Source of the DNA: Candidatus Poribacteria bacterium
GTDB taxonomy: Bacteria; Poribacteria; WGA-4E; WGA-3G
Direction of reading: 5' to 3'
Assembly (NCBI GenBank): GCA_965214095.1
Contig: OZ243938.1
Span: forward strand, 2,432,001 to 2,496,000
Length of the DNA stretch: 64,000 nucleotides
Part shown: positions 28,320-38,252 of the stretch, one piece after another
Layout of the letters: every line of letters begins with the position of its first letter
Position numbering within the stretch: the stretch's first letter is position 1
Translations under genes and position numbers: made by a program
Notes under the pieces: generated by a model
Told to the model about the DNA's origin: nothing
The model's database searches: none
What the model saw: only the letters and a program-made list of their open reading frames with translations

Positions 28320-29654
28320 ATGCTTCGATGGAATATAAAGTTAACATTAATTTTGGTCATAATTCAATGTGTTGTATTGCTTCGTGTAGACGCACAAGAA
28401 CCACAGGAAATTGACCTTTCGCAACCACTAACCCTTGAACAGTGTATTCAGTTGGGATTGGAAAAGTCAACAAGTATGCGAAATTCCCGATTGAGCCTCG
28501 CTATTCAGGAACTCCGTCTGAAAAATGCTCGGGCAGATTATTTTCCAATTATCACCTCCTCTGGAAACTACAACTTTAATGATCGTCTTGACTTCGGGTT
28601 TGAACCTGAGAACTACGGTTTAGGGTTGACAGGACGGTATACACTCTGGGATAATGGACAACGTGAAGTGGGTCTTGCACAAGCGAAAGAAGGATTAAAA
28701 GCCACAACCAACAGGAATGAAGGGATAAAACAGAACGTAATTTTACAAATCACACAAGCATATTATAATGTACTTAAAGATACTGACCTTGTTAAAGTTA
28801 GCGAAGATGTGTTAGCACGTTCAATGGAGGACACCGAGCAAACAATTGCTCTGAAAGAAGCGGGTGTACTTATTCCTGCTGATGTCGCAACTGCAAGAGT
28901 TCGTCAAGCAAATAACGAATTGTCATTGGTAAACAATCAAAATGCACTGCAAATCTCACAAGCAACTTTGCCACGCCTCATGGGGTTAGACCCAGGATTG
29001 CTAATTACCGTAGCAGTTGACGAATCCTTTCAACTCTATCTGGATAGAGGAACTATTGAAAAAATACAAATTACTGTGGAAGAAGCCATACAAACAGCAT
29101 TTGATAATCGTCCTGAATTTAAGGAAACTGAAGCATCACTTAAACAGCAGGAATGGAGTTTAACACTATCAAAATTACAACGTTGGCCCCGATTGAGTGC
29201 AAATGCAAACTATAATGTAGACCTGGATGCTTATCTTCGCGAACGGGTAAATTTCTCAGATTTTCGGAGTTGGAGTGTCGGAGCCTCTATAAACTTTACA
29301 CTTTATGATGGTGGTGTATTAGGCAATGTTGTTAAGGAACGGAGTATGCAGTTAGAACAGGCACGTGAAAATGCAAGCGATTTGGAGCGGTCAGTTGCCC
29401 TTGATGTTCGACAAAGTTATCTAAATCTGAAACGCAGTGAAACCGTTGTAGAAATCTCTAACACACAGGTAATAAACGCACAACTGAGTTTAGATGTCAT
29501 TCAAGGAAGGTATAGAGTGGGGAAAGCCATTCTGCTTGAAGTGCTTGATGCACAAACAAGTTATGCACAGTCATTGACAAATCAGGTAAATGCGTTCTAC
29601 GATTACAAAATTGCATTCGCACGATTGCAGGATGCAATGGGAGTCTTACAGTAA
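28320..29654 (+). CDS. TolC family outer membrane efflux protein
   Basis: Signal peptide; LTLEQCIQLGL, QAYYNVL, NRPE, LEVLDAQ, LQDAMG; AAGGAG RBS. Confidence 0.88.
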   Translation: MLRWNIKLTLILVIIQCVVLLRVDAQEPQEIDLSQPLTLEQCIQLGLEKSTSMRNSRLSLAIQELRLKNARADYFPIITSSGNYNFNDRLDFGFEPENYGLGLTGRYTLWDNGQREVGLAQAKEGLKATTNRNEGIKQNVILQITQAYYNVLKDTDLVKVSEDVLARSMEDTEQTIALKEAGVLIPADVATARVRQANNELSLVNNQNALQISQATLPRLMGLDPGLLITVAVDESFQLYLDRGTIEKIQITVEEAIQTAFDNRPEFKETEASLKQQEWSLTLSKLQRWPRLSANANYNVDLDAYLRERVNFSDFRSWSVGASINFTLYDGGVLGNVVKERSMQLEQARENASDLERSVALDVRQSYLNLKRSETVVEISNTQVINAQLSLDVIQGRYRVGKAILLEVLDAQTSYAQSLTNQVNAFYDYKIAFARLQDAMGVLQ

Positions 29655-29656
29655 TC

Positions 29657-31612
29657 ATGAAGATTGGCAGAAAGTGGTTCATATTCGGTTCCATCGGTAT
29701 AGTAGCAATAGTGATTGGAGTGATAGGTGCGACTCAAATTAAATTTGGAAATAATAATAATGATGAAGAGGACAAGCGAGAAGTTGTCCGCCGTGGTGAA
29801 TTCCTTGTAAAAGTTCAAGAGTCTGGCAGACTTCGTTCCCTTGTTGAGGTAGATGTCCGTTCAAACGTAGAAGGCGAAATCCTTGAGATTTTCGTTGAAG
29901 AATCCGAACTTGTTCAAGAGGGTGCCCCACTCCTTAAAATTGACGATGAACAGATTATAGAGGATATGAATCAGGCAAAAGCCTATCGGGATGCGCGAAA
30001 AGCTGAATTAGATCAATCTGAACTCCGTATACAGATAGCAGAAAAACGCGAAACAAGCGGTCTTCTTCAGGCAAAAAATGCTGTTGCCAAATCTAAGGCA
30101 TCTCTCGTTTCTTTTGCTGCAAACAAACAACAACGTATCACCGAGGCAGAGACTCTTGTTGCAACGACACAAAATCTGCTCAACCGAGATAAAATCTCTC
30201 TAAAGCAGGATGAGATTTCTCTAACACAGGCAAAACTAACGCTTGATCGCGCCAATGTAAATGTCCAATCTGCAAAGATTACACTTGAAACAACTCAAGC
30301 AGAACATAAACGGAATGAAGAATTATACAAACAGGAATTAATATCAAAGCAGGCATTAGAGCAATCACAAAAACAACTCGTCCTGAATACATCGCAATAT
30401 GAGACTGCCCAGAAAGAGGTTGAGTCTCAAAAGGAAACCATTAAATCTCGAGAAGAAAATATCAATGCGATGAAGGAGGCGATTCAGAGTAGAGAGTCAA
30501 CGATTGCCCTACATAAAAAGAATGTTCAAACAATTATAGAGACGCAAAATGCATTGGAAGAACAGCTAAAAGCAGATTTAGAAAATACACAAACTCGACT
30601 AAAACAAACTGAAGAGACGACTGAGGAAGAAAAGGATCTGACAAAACATTCCAAAGTCAGCGCACAAGCTAACCTCCTTCAAGCTGATAGTCGGTTGAAA
30701 TCTCAGCAGGAAAGGTACGCTTGGACAACGGTTAAAGCACCGATGTCTGGGACAATTACTCGCATATCTGTGGAAGAGGGTGAGATTATCACCTCTGGAC
30801 GTTCAGCATTCTCACGAGGTGAAGCTATCATGCGTATCGCCGACCTTACGAAGATGATAGTCATAACGCAAATTAATCAGGTGGAAATCGGTAAAATAGA
30901 TGAGGATCAGCGCGTAGAAATCCGTGTTGATAGTTATCGAAATAAGGTATTTAATGGTAGAGTGAGTGAAATATCTCCCAGTTCCACTCATCGTCCACAA
31001 GGTGGCGGCGGCGTAATTACCTTTGAGATAGAAATTGAAGTAGATATATCAGATGAAGAATACCAACTATTGCCGGGTATGTCTGCTGATGTGGATATCA
31101 TAGTCTTTGAAAAATCGGATATCCTTCAAATACCAATAGCAGCAGTTTTAAGCCCGGAGGTTTTTACAGTTAAAGCGACAGTAAATCCGGATATGCTTGG
31201 ACAGTTTCAACAAGGACAGCGGCTCAAAGTCCAAAATCTTATAGGTGATCAGTTTGCTGGACAAGTTAGTAAGACCTCACCATCCGAAACTCGCGGCAAT
31301 CTTGAAATCTTGTTTGACGAACCGCCAAAAGGTATGCGTCCAGGTCCTACAGAAATTGCGATTGTAATATCTGAAAATAATCGGTTGTCTAATATTGAAG
31401 CAGAAATCAGGAGTGAACGTCAGCATTTTGTCAAACTTGACACAGGGGAACCATCAAAGAAGAACGGTGAAAAAGGTGTAAAAACGCATATTAAAGTCGG
31501 TAGACGTAACAAGACACACTTTGAAATCGTACACGGACTTAAAGAGGGTGATCGCGTCTTTGTACCTTCCATGATGGAATTAACAAAAGGTGAGAAAAAT
31601 AAGGATAAATAA
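29657..31612 (+). CDS. MacA/HlyD-type periplasmic adaptor with a very long coiled coil
   Basis: VRSNVEGEI..I.V.E lipoyl half, ~280-aa coiled coil, VKAPMSGTI, LLPGMSADV, GLKEGDRV. Confidence 0.85.
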   Translation: MKIGRKWFIFGSIGIVAIVIGVIGATQIKFGNNNNDEEDKREVVRRGEFLVKVQESGRLRSLVEVDVRSNVEGEILEIFVEESELVQEGAPLLKIDDEQIIEDMNQAKAYRDARKAELDQSELRIQIAEKRETSGLLQAKNAVAKSKASLVSFAANKQQRITEAETLVATTQNLLNRDKISLKQDEISLTQAKLTLDRANVNVQSAKITLETTQAEHKRNEELYKQELISKQALEQSQKQLVLNTSQYETAQKEVESQKETIKSREENINAMKEAIQSRESTIALHKKNVQTIIETQNALEEQLKADLENTQTRLKQTEETTEEEKDLTKHSKVSAQANLLQADSRLKSQQERYAWTTVKAPMSGTITRISVEEGEIITSGRSAFSRGEAIMRIADLTKMIVITQINQVEIGKIDEDQRVEIRVDSYRNKVFNGRVSEISPSSTHRPQGGGGVITFEIEIEVDISDEEYQLLPGMSADVDIIVFEKSDILQIPIAAVLSPEVFTVKATVNPDMLGQFQQGQRLKVQNLIGDQFAGQVSKTSPSETRGNLEILFDEPPKGMRPGPTEIAIVISENNRLSNIEAEIRSERQHFVKLDTGEPSKKNGEKGVKTHIKVGRRNKTHFEIVHGLKEGDRVFVPSMMELTKGEKNKDK

Positions 31613-31634
31613 ATCCAAGAAATTAGTTCAATAA

Positions 31635-31746
31635 TACCATTTCTAATTGAAAACACCGCATTTTTGTAGCACAAACTGCCAGTTTGTGCAGTCCTTCAAG
31701 ACATTCTTAACAAATGTTAATGGGATAAACATTTATAGAAATGGTA
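31635..31746. mobile_element. 112-bp MITE, family B copy 2
   Basis: Near-identical to 12127-12238. Confidence 0.8.
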
Positions 31747-31807
31747 CAACAATACACTCCTGATGTAACACTTTCAACACATGGACAAAGGAGGAAAATA
31801 ACGCAAA

Positions 31808-32488
31808 ATGTTAATTGATGTCAAAGACATAACAAAAGTATATGAGATGGGTGATGTGCAGGTGCATGCATTACGAGGCGTTACCTTCACTGTAGAACCC
31901 GGTGAATTTATTGCCATTATGGGACCTTCAGGTTCTGGTAAATCTACTATGATGGATATCTTGGGATGCCTTGCCACTCCGACAGCAGGTGAATATTTCC
32001 TTGAAGGTGAAGAGGTCGGGAAACTCTCTGATAATAGGTTAGCTGATATACGAAATAAAAAAATCGGCTTTGTATTTCAATCCTTCAATCTTCTGCCACG
32101 GACGAGTGCGCTCCACAACGTTGAATTGCCGCTTATCTATTCAGGTTTAGGTAGAAAAGAACGCAAACGTAGAGCCTTTGAATCTTTGGAGGCGGTTGGA
32201 TTAGCCGACCGTGTTGACCACAAATCAACTGAACTTTCTGGTGGACAGGTTCAACGTGTTGCGATTGCACGTGCACTTGTAAACAAACCATCAATGATCT
32301 TTGCAGATGAACCGACAGGAAACTTGGATACGCGTTCTGGTGCCGAAATCCTTGCGATCTTTGACCGCCTAAATGATGATGGTAATACGATTATCATGGT
32401 GACACATGAACCAGAGGTGGCAGAACATGCACGACGTGTCCTCCACATACGGGATGGACTCATTGAGCAAGATGAAAGGCGAGACTAA
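31808..32488 (+). CDS. MacB/LolD-type ABC transporter ATP-binding protein
   Basis: GPSGSGKST, IGFVFQSFNLL, LSGGQVQR, ADEPTGNLD. Confidence 0.92.
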   Translation: MLIDVKDITKVYEMGDVQVHALRGVTFTVEPGEFIAIMGPSGSGKSTMMDILGCLATPTAGEYFLEGEEVGKLSDNRLADIRNKKIGFVFQSFNLLPRTSALHNVELPLIYSGLGRKERKRRAFESLEAVGLADRVDHKSTELSGGQVQRVAIARALVNKPSMIFADEPTGNLDTRSGAEILAIFDRLNDDGNTIIMVTHEPEVAEHARRVLHIRDGLIEQDERRD

Positions 32489-33458
32489 AACTGCAATCAA
32501 AGAAGTCAGAATTACCACTCCCTCCAGACTTCATTTTTCATTGATAGATTTGAACGGTCAACTCGGACGGATTGATGGCGGGTTCGGGTTAACCATCAAT
32601 GAACCGAACTTCCAAATTGTTGCTGAACCATCAACTGAAATCCTAGTTGAGTCTGATACATATCATGATCGGGCATGTGAGATTCTCACACGACTACAAA
32701 AATCCTATCAGTTTCCAGGTATCAATCTGAAATTGACCTCTGAAATACCAACACATAGTGGCTTCGGTTCAGGAACCCAACTCTCTCTCGGTATCGCTTC
32801 TGCCGTGAACACCCTTTACAATTTGAATTTAGATGTCTTGGAATTAGCCGAGGCAGTTGGACGTGGTGGCACATCTGGTATCGGTGTCGCGGCGTATGAA
32901 ACTGGCGGTTTCATTGTAGATGGTGGACATCGATATCCTGAGCAGAAGTCCTCCTTTCTACCATCCGCCGCTGCAGATAATATTTCTCCTCCGCCGATTT
33001 TATCCCGACATACATTTCCTGAATGGCAACTCCTCATTGTGCTACCCAATTGTTCTCGTATTTACGGTGAGGAGGAATTAGACCTGTTCCGGACGCTCTG
33101 TCCTCAACCCGCATCTGTTGCACCGAAGTTGTCCCATCTTCTGCTTTTTAAAATATTGCCAGCAATTCTTGAAAATGATATGAACAGTTTTGGTGAAGCT
33201 TTAAACGAGATTCAAACATTCGGTTGGAAAAAGGTGGAAATTGATGCACAAGGTCCAGAATTGCAGCAAACACTTGAATTTTTACAAACCAACGGAGCGT
33301 TGGGGGCAGGTGTTAGCAGTTGGGGACCGGCTATCTGTGCTGTGAGCGAGGATATTGAAGGGTTGAAACGGAAAACAGAAATATTCTTGGGAGAGTTACC
33401 GAGTGGTGGGACTTGCTTTGTCACAACTGCGAATAACAGAGGCGCGTACATAAAATAG
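32472..33458 (+). CDS. mptG: beta-ribofuranosylaminobenzene 5'-phosphate (beta-RFAP) synthase, GHMP kinase family
   Basis: TPSRLHFSLIDLNG..GRIDGGFG, PTHSGFGSGTQL, GRGGTSGIG, GGFIVDGGH, SSWGP. Confidence 0.85.
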   Translation: MKGETKTAIKEVRITTPSRLHFSLIDLNGQLGRIDGGFGLTINEPNFQIVAEPSTEILVESDTYHDRACEILTRLQKSYQFPGINLKLTSEIPTHSGFGSGTQLSLGIASAVNTLYNLNLDVLELAEAVGRGGTSGIGVAAYETGGFIVDGGHRYPEQKSSFLPSAAADNISPPPILSRHTFPEWQLLIVLPNCSRIYGEEELDLFRTLCPQPASVAPKLSHLLLFKILPAILENDMNSFGEALNEIQTFGWKKVEIDAQGPELQQTLEFLQTNGALGAGVSSWGPAICAVSEDIEGLKRKTEIFLGELPSGGTCFVTTANNRGAYIK

Positions 33459-33495
33459 TTGGCTAAAGCATGAATGCTCCAACCAACTATCCTAC
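33455..33495 (-). repeat. GTAG-footed REP-like hairpin between convergent genes
   Basis: Minus strand: GTAGGATAGTTGG...CCAACTAT. Confidence 0.5.
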
Positions 33496-33568
33496 AATCA
33501 ACAATTGAAATCTAACAATATGCAGTCTACTTTCTGCTATATTTCATAAGTGCGTTTGAACGCCAAGT

Positions 33569-33793
33569 TTACATACGCTCGAATTCTGAAAGCGTATTTT
33601 GTTTGACTCCTAACTCAGCCTGAAGATTACCAATGCTATTTTCCAAGTCTGCAATACTCTTCTGCTTATTTACAAAATCCTGCTCAAGTTGAGAGAAAAG
33701 TGTTTCAACCTCGAATAAATTGTTTTGTCTACCTCTTAGTCCATCCTCAAAATTTGTGATAATTTCTTGCAGGTTGGTTATACATTCTTTCAA
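33569..33793 (-). CDS. Small coiled-coil protein
   Basis: Heptad pattern; TTG start overlapping the upstream stop. Confidence 0.55.
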   Translation of the reverse strand: MKECITNLQEIITNFEDGLRGRQNNLFEVETLFSQLEQDFVNKQKSIADLENSIGNLQAELGVKQNTLSEFERM

Positions 33794-34077
33794 CCATGCT
33801 TTTTTTCATCTGAAGTTGTATCATGCATTTGACTTTGGAGCAGCTCTTGTTCCGATTTTTTTTCATCTATTACGTCTTGAATTTGATTGATGGAGTTTTG
33901 AAACTTGGTTTCCATTTCAGTTCTTTTCTTTATTTTTTCCTCTTGAAACGTCGTGTTCAATTCTTCCAACTTTAATTTCATCGCAGTTTTTTCAGCTATT
34001 GCGATTCGAATCTGGTAGATGGATTCTTCTAATTCAGCAATATGCTGAGTCATCTGCATATCTTTTTCAGTTGCCAT
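33790..34077 (-). CDS. Small coiled-coil protein
   Basis: GGAG RBS before MATEK; E/K-rich heptads. Confidence 0.6.
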   Translation of the reverse strand: MATEKDMQMTQHIAELEESIYQIRIAIAEKTAMKLKLEELNTTFQEEKIKKRTEMETKFQNSINQIQDVIDEKKSEQELLQSQMHDTTSDEKKHG

Positions 34078-34124
34078 CGTCTCATCTCCATTGAAATGAT
34101 ATGCATACTGAAGCAAGAGATAAC

Positions 34125-34760
34125 CTATCCTTCCGCAGAAGCATAATAAGGATTAGTTCCTGATGCATGGTCGGTAGTATCAATGACCTGTGTGATCTCA
34201 GGAAACACTTCCTGTATCATCGCTTCAATACCATGTTTGAGCGTCGCATTCGCCATTCCACAACCTTGGCATCCACCACCCATGTGTATATAGATTGCAT
34301 CATCTTCAACGTTTAGCAATTCAATTTGTCCACCGTGCGCTGCAACTGCCGGGTTAATTCTTTCATCAATGAGTTCTTGAATCTTTTGTGCCTTTGGATT
34401 GTCCCAAGTTGGCTTATTCGGATTTTCTATCTTAAAGCCGCTGGAATTGAGATCTTCTACATAGTCAATAACTGCACCTTTAAGATCTGGGGCACTTTTT
34501 GCATCAACTAAGACCTTAAAAGCATCCATTTCAATAACAATGTCGTCCTCCTCGGTATCCGTTGCCAAACCGAGGCTATATTGGAAATCGGAAGCACTGC
34601 GACCTTCAATACCGATCCGCAGTCCCTCCACTTCCACTTCTTCTGCATCAATAACTTCTTGAATCTTATCTTGCGCGGTTTTTGTTACCGCCAACAAAGA
34701 GGCTTCAGACCCCGCAAGTTTTTTAAATAGATTCTTCATAAGTTTCCTTTGGGTTTCCAA
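34125..34760 (-). CDS. nfuA: NfuA-like Fe-S carrier (degenerate A-type domain + NifU-C)
   Basis: INPAVAAHGG, GGCQGC, DTTDHASGTNPYY. Confidence 0.9.
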   Translation of the reverse strand: METQRKLMKNLFKKLAGSEASLLAVTKTAQDKIQEVIDAEEVEVEGLRIGIEGRSASDFQYSLGLATDTEEDDIVIEMDAFKVLVDAKSAPDLKGAVIDYVEDLNSSGFKIENPNKPTWDNPKAQKIQELIDERINPAVAAHGGQIELLNVEDDAIYIHMGGGCQGCGMANATLKHGIEAMIQEVFPEITQVIDTTDHASGTNPYYASAEG

Positions 34761-34762
34761 AT

Positions 34763-35731
34763 TTAAGCTGCTGTTTTGTCAGCATTATAATCTGTTCGGA
34801 ATTCACCCATTTCGTTGTAAAGGTTGCTTAATTGCGAAATTGCATAGATTTCTAACTGCCGAATTCGTTCCCGTGTGACATCAAGGGCATCTCCGATTTC
34901 ACGTAACGTTTTACGTTCTCCATCTTCAAGCCCAAAACGCATTTTAAGAACTTGTTGTTCACGTTCAGACAATTTGCTGAGGAACTGTTGTACCAAATCA
35001 TGTGTGATCAATTGAGCAATCGCACCATCTTCTGAAGTTGTTGAGGGGTCTTCAATCAAATCCCCCAGTGTAGCTGAACTTCGGGATGAACGTTCATCAC
35101 CCAATGGTAAATCCATTGAAATGGTATCAGCATTAAAAGTAAGAATTTCTTCTACTTGTTGTACAGTTAGGTCAAGTGCTTCAGCGATTTCAGCACGGGT
35201 CGGTTCTCGCTGAAGTTCTTGGCATAGTGCAGCATAAGTTGCATCAAACTTGTTCATCTTCGCAACGATATACGCCGGTAAGCGAATAGAGCGTGCAAAG
35301 TTATCAAGTGTCCGCATAATTGATTGTTTAATCCACCAGATTGCGTAGGTGCTAAACTTAAAGCCTTTCCGATAATCAAATTTAGTCGCAGCCTTAATTA
35401 AGCCGATATTTCCTTCTTGAATTAGATCTTCAAGCGGGACTTTGTTTCCTTGATACCTGACCGCAATCGAAATGACGAGACGCAGATTAGCCTGAACCAA
35501 CTCGTCGCGCGCAGCTGTATCACCAGCTTCAATCCGTTTTGCTAATTCAACTTCTTCTTCGCGGGTTAATAATCGATGTCCCGCAACACTCCGTAACCAA
35601 CTCGTTAGTGCACTTCTGTCGCTACCTTTGTAGTCATTTGCATATTCTGTTTCTTCCGAAGGATACACCTCATCTATTAATGTGTCAACACCTTGGATAT
35701 CTTCTGTTTCACCGAAGAACTCGGTTTCCAT
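34763..35731 (-). CDS. RpoD/RpoS-family sigma70 factor lacking region 1.1
   Basis: LLTREEE, NLRLVISIA, DLIQEGNIGL, FSTYAIWWIKQ, VTRERIRQLE. Confidence 0.92.
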   Translation of the reverse strand: METEFFGETEDIQGVDTLIDEVYPSEETEYANDYKGSDRSALTSWLRSVAGHRLLTREEEVELAKRIEAGDTAARDELVQANLRLVISIAVRYQGNKVPLEDLIQEGNIGLIKAATKFDYRKGFKFSTYAIWWIKQSIMRTLDNFARSIRLPAYIVAKMNKFDATYAALCQELQREPTRAEIAEALDLTVQQVEEILTFNADTISMDLPLGDERSSRSSATLGDLIEDPSTTSEDGAIAQLITHDLVQQFLSKLSEREQQVLKMRFGLEDGERKTLREIGDALDVTRERIRQLEIYAISQLSNLYNEMGEFRTDYNADKTAA

Positions 35732-35902
35732 TCTTCTCCTCTCCTTATATAAAATTAAAAAATAAAATCTGCCAAAAAATTATATTACAATATACTATAA
35801 CGTTTTGTCAAGCAAATTGTTTAAAAAAAATGACTATATTTGTCAAAATTTGACGGGAAACACTTGAAAACACCATTTTTCACTACTTTTTTCACAAATT
35901 GC

Positions 35903-36288
35903 GAACTTAAACAAGGTTCTTTAGTCTAAATAGAAAATTGGATTTTGTGATCTCACTAAACTTTAATCGACCTGAGATATGTTGCATTTATAGGTGGATG
36001 TTATCCGAATAAATCCAATTTCAGTTATTTTACCTTAAAATGGGTTATATTGTGGGGAAATTAAACTATTTGGCATTCCATATCGTCTATAATAGATAAA
36101 TTCAAGAGATAATATATACAGATATCCATTCCGAAACTTAATTGAGAAGTTTCTTCAATCCCCACATGATACTACATTTCTTCGTGATAAACCACACCCG
36201 TGGCAATATAGATAATACATCGGTTAGACCAGCAGCTATGTATAGCGTGACTTGTTGATTTAAACTTATTAGGTTTTCCTGCGTCAAA
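35903..36288 (+). promoter_or_regulatory. Three putative ECF-sigma promoters upstream of gspE
   Basis: GAACTT-N15-GTCTAA (35903-35929); AAACTA-N16-GTCTAT (36063-36090); AAACTT-N15-GTCAAA (36262-36288). Confidence 0.5.
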
Positions 36289-36328
36289 AAACACTGATAA
36301 TCAGCAAACCAATGAGGAAGAATAAATT

Positions 36329-38206
36329 ATGTATGGCACTCCAGTTAAGAAATCGCTCGTAGAAGTGTTACGTGAAGCAAATCTGATTTCAGATCAGGAT
36401 TATCAAGAAATTCATGAAAAAATACTTGAAGGTTGGGTGAGTAAGCCGGTCCAATCGGATGTTGATGTGAATGATGATGATCAGGCGGGATTGCAAAGTT
36501 ACCACCAAATTCTTGATGAAATAGAAAAGGCTGGCGAATCTGAGGAGTTAATTATATCCGAATACGTGTCCCCGAAAATTATTGAACTTGCCAAAAAAGG
36601 ACGCGAATTCGGAACGGCTATAACTCATTTGAATGATATCAATCCAGAAAAGGAAGTTCTTGACAAGGTACAACCCAGTTTCGCTAATCGCAATAAAGTT
36701 TTTCCAATACACCTTGAAGACAATGTCCTTACTTTAGCAGTAGCAGATGTTCAAGATGTGATGCTAATTGACCAAATTCGGTATTTCACCGAGTGTGAAC
36801 TGAATCTTCTGCTTGCCGATGAAGACGAAATTACAGATGCTATCGTTCGGTTTTATGGCAAAGACGCTGCATCAATCTTAAGTGCAGGTATCAAAGGCCC
36901 GGTTGGTGCTGCTGCTGCAATTGAACGTGCCAGTATTGATGACTTTGGTATTGATGAAAAGGATCTCAGCGAAGACCCAACAGTTGTTGACGCTGTTTAT
37001 CAGATGATAATTGACGCAGTACGTGCGGGGGCAAGTGACATCCATATAGAACCCTATCCGAGTGAACTTAAGATACGTTATCGTGTTGACGGTGTATTGG
37101 AAGATCAACCACAACCACCCGCGTATCTCCAGTCTGCAATTACCTCTCGTATCAAGATTCTTGCGGAGATGGATGTGTCAGAACGTCGTCGTCCACAAGA
37201 TGGCAAAATCAGTATGGAGATCGCTAGTCTTGGTGGTCGTCAGATTGACCTTCGTGTGTCTACAGTGCCTACTGTTGCCACACAACATAGTGAAAGTGTT
37301 GTGCTCCGTATTCTTGACCGTCAATCTATTGAATTTGGATTAGCGCAACTCGGTCTTACACACAATAATTTTGATCTTTTCCAACGTATGATACATAAGC
37401 CGCACGGCATTATTCTCGCAACTGGTCCTACTGGTAGTGGAAAAACCACATCACTTTATGCGTGTTTGAAAGAGATTAACACGCCACATGTTAAAATCAT
37501 AACACTTGAAGACCCTGTTGAATATGAATTGGAAGGGATCAACCAAGTTCAGGTTAATCCTGAGATCGGTTTTTCATTTGCCAATGGTTTACGACATATT
37601 TTACGGCAAGACCCTGACAAGGTATTGGTCGGTGAAATTCGTGATGAAGAAACAGCTGAAATGGCAATTCATACATCGCTTACAGGTCACCTTGTCTTTA
37701 GTACACTACATACAAACGATGCACCTGGTGCTATCACACGTCTGATTGATATGGGGGTTGAACCGTATTTGGTTGCGTCAACATTAGAAGGTATCATAGC
37801 CCAACGTTTGGCAAGACGGGTTTGTCATTCATGCTGTGAAATGTATAAGCCAAGTGAAGAGGAAATTTCTGGTTTCTTTAGCAGCAATGATGTCAATGTG
37901 TCAACAGACCTTGAAATCCCACTGGCTAACGATGATGGTTGTAATGAATGTCGTGGTAGAGGGTATAGAGGTAGGATCGGTATTTTTGAAGTTATTTATA
38001 TGTCTGAGGAATTACGGACACTCGCCCTTGAACGTCCCTCAACAAGTGAACTACGTCAACTCGCGATGAAAACGGGGATGAGGAGTCTACGCGATGATGG
38101 ATGGCAAAAGATCACCGATGGACAAACTACCATTGCAGAAGTGGCTCGCCTTACACAAGAAGATGTTTACGATTTTGAAGAGGATGATACATCCAACCCT
38201 GAATAG
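36329..38206 (+). CDS. gspE: Type II secretion ATPase GspE
   Basis: ASDIHIEP, GPTGSGKTT, LEDPVE, LRQDPD..VGEIRD, TLHTN, CxxC..CxxC. Confidence 0.92.
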   Translation: MYGTPVKKSLVEVLREANLISDQDYQEIHEKILEGWVSKPVQSDVDVNDDDQAGLQSYHQILDEIEKAGESEELIISEYVSPKIIELAKKGREFGTAITHLNDINPEKEVLDKVQPSFANRNKVFPIHLEDNVLTLAVADVQDVMLIDQIRYFTECELNLLLADEDEITDAIVRFYGKDAASILSAGIKGPVGAAAAIERASIDDFGIDEKDLSEDPTVVDAVYQMIIDAVRAGASDIHIEPYPSELKIRYRVDGVLEDQPQPPAYLQSAITSRIKILAEMDVSERRRPQDGKISMEIASLGGRQIDLRVSTVPTVATQHSESVVLRILDRQSIEFGLAQLGLTHNNFDLFQRMIHKPHGIILATGPTGSGKTTSLYACLKEINTPHVKIITLEDPVEYELEGINQVQVNPEIGFSFANGLRHILRQDPDKVLVGEIRDEETAEMAIHTSLTGHLVFSTLHTNDAPGAITRLIDMGVEPYLVASTLEGIIAQRLARRVCHSCCEMYKPSEEEISGFFSSNDVNVSTDLEIPLANDDGCNECRGRGYRGRIGIFEVIYMSEELRTLALERPSTSELRQLAMKTGMRSLRDDGWQKITDGQTTIAEVARLTQEDVYDFEEDDTSNPE

Positions 38207-38252
38207 GATTGTAAGTATCAACTTATGAAATCATTTTGATGAGAGATAAACA

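Noticed and set aside
36190-36290. c-di-GMP-I riboswitch upstream of gspE
   Set aside because: GACGCA and GGTCTAA fragments are on the wrong strand and ~50 nt apart, with no GAAA tetraloop stem.
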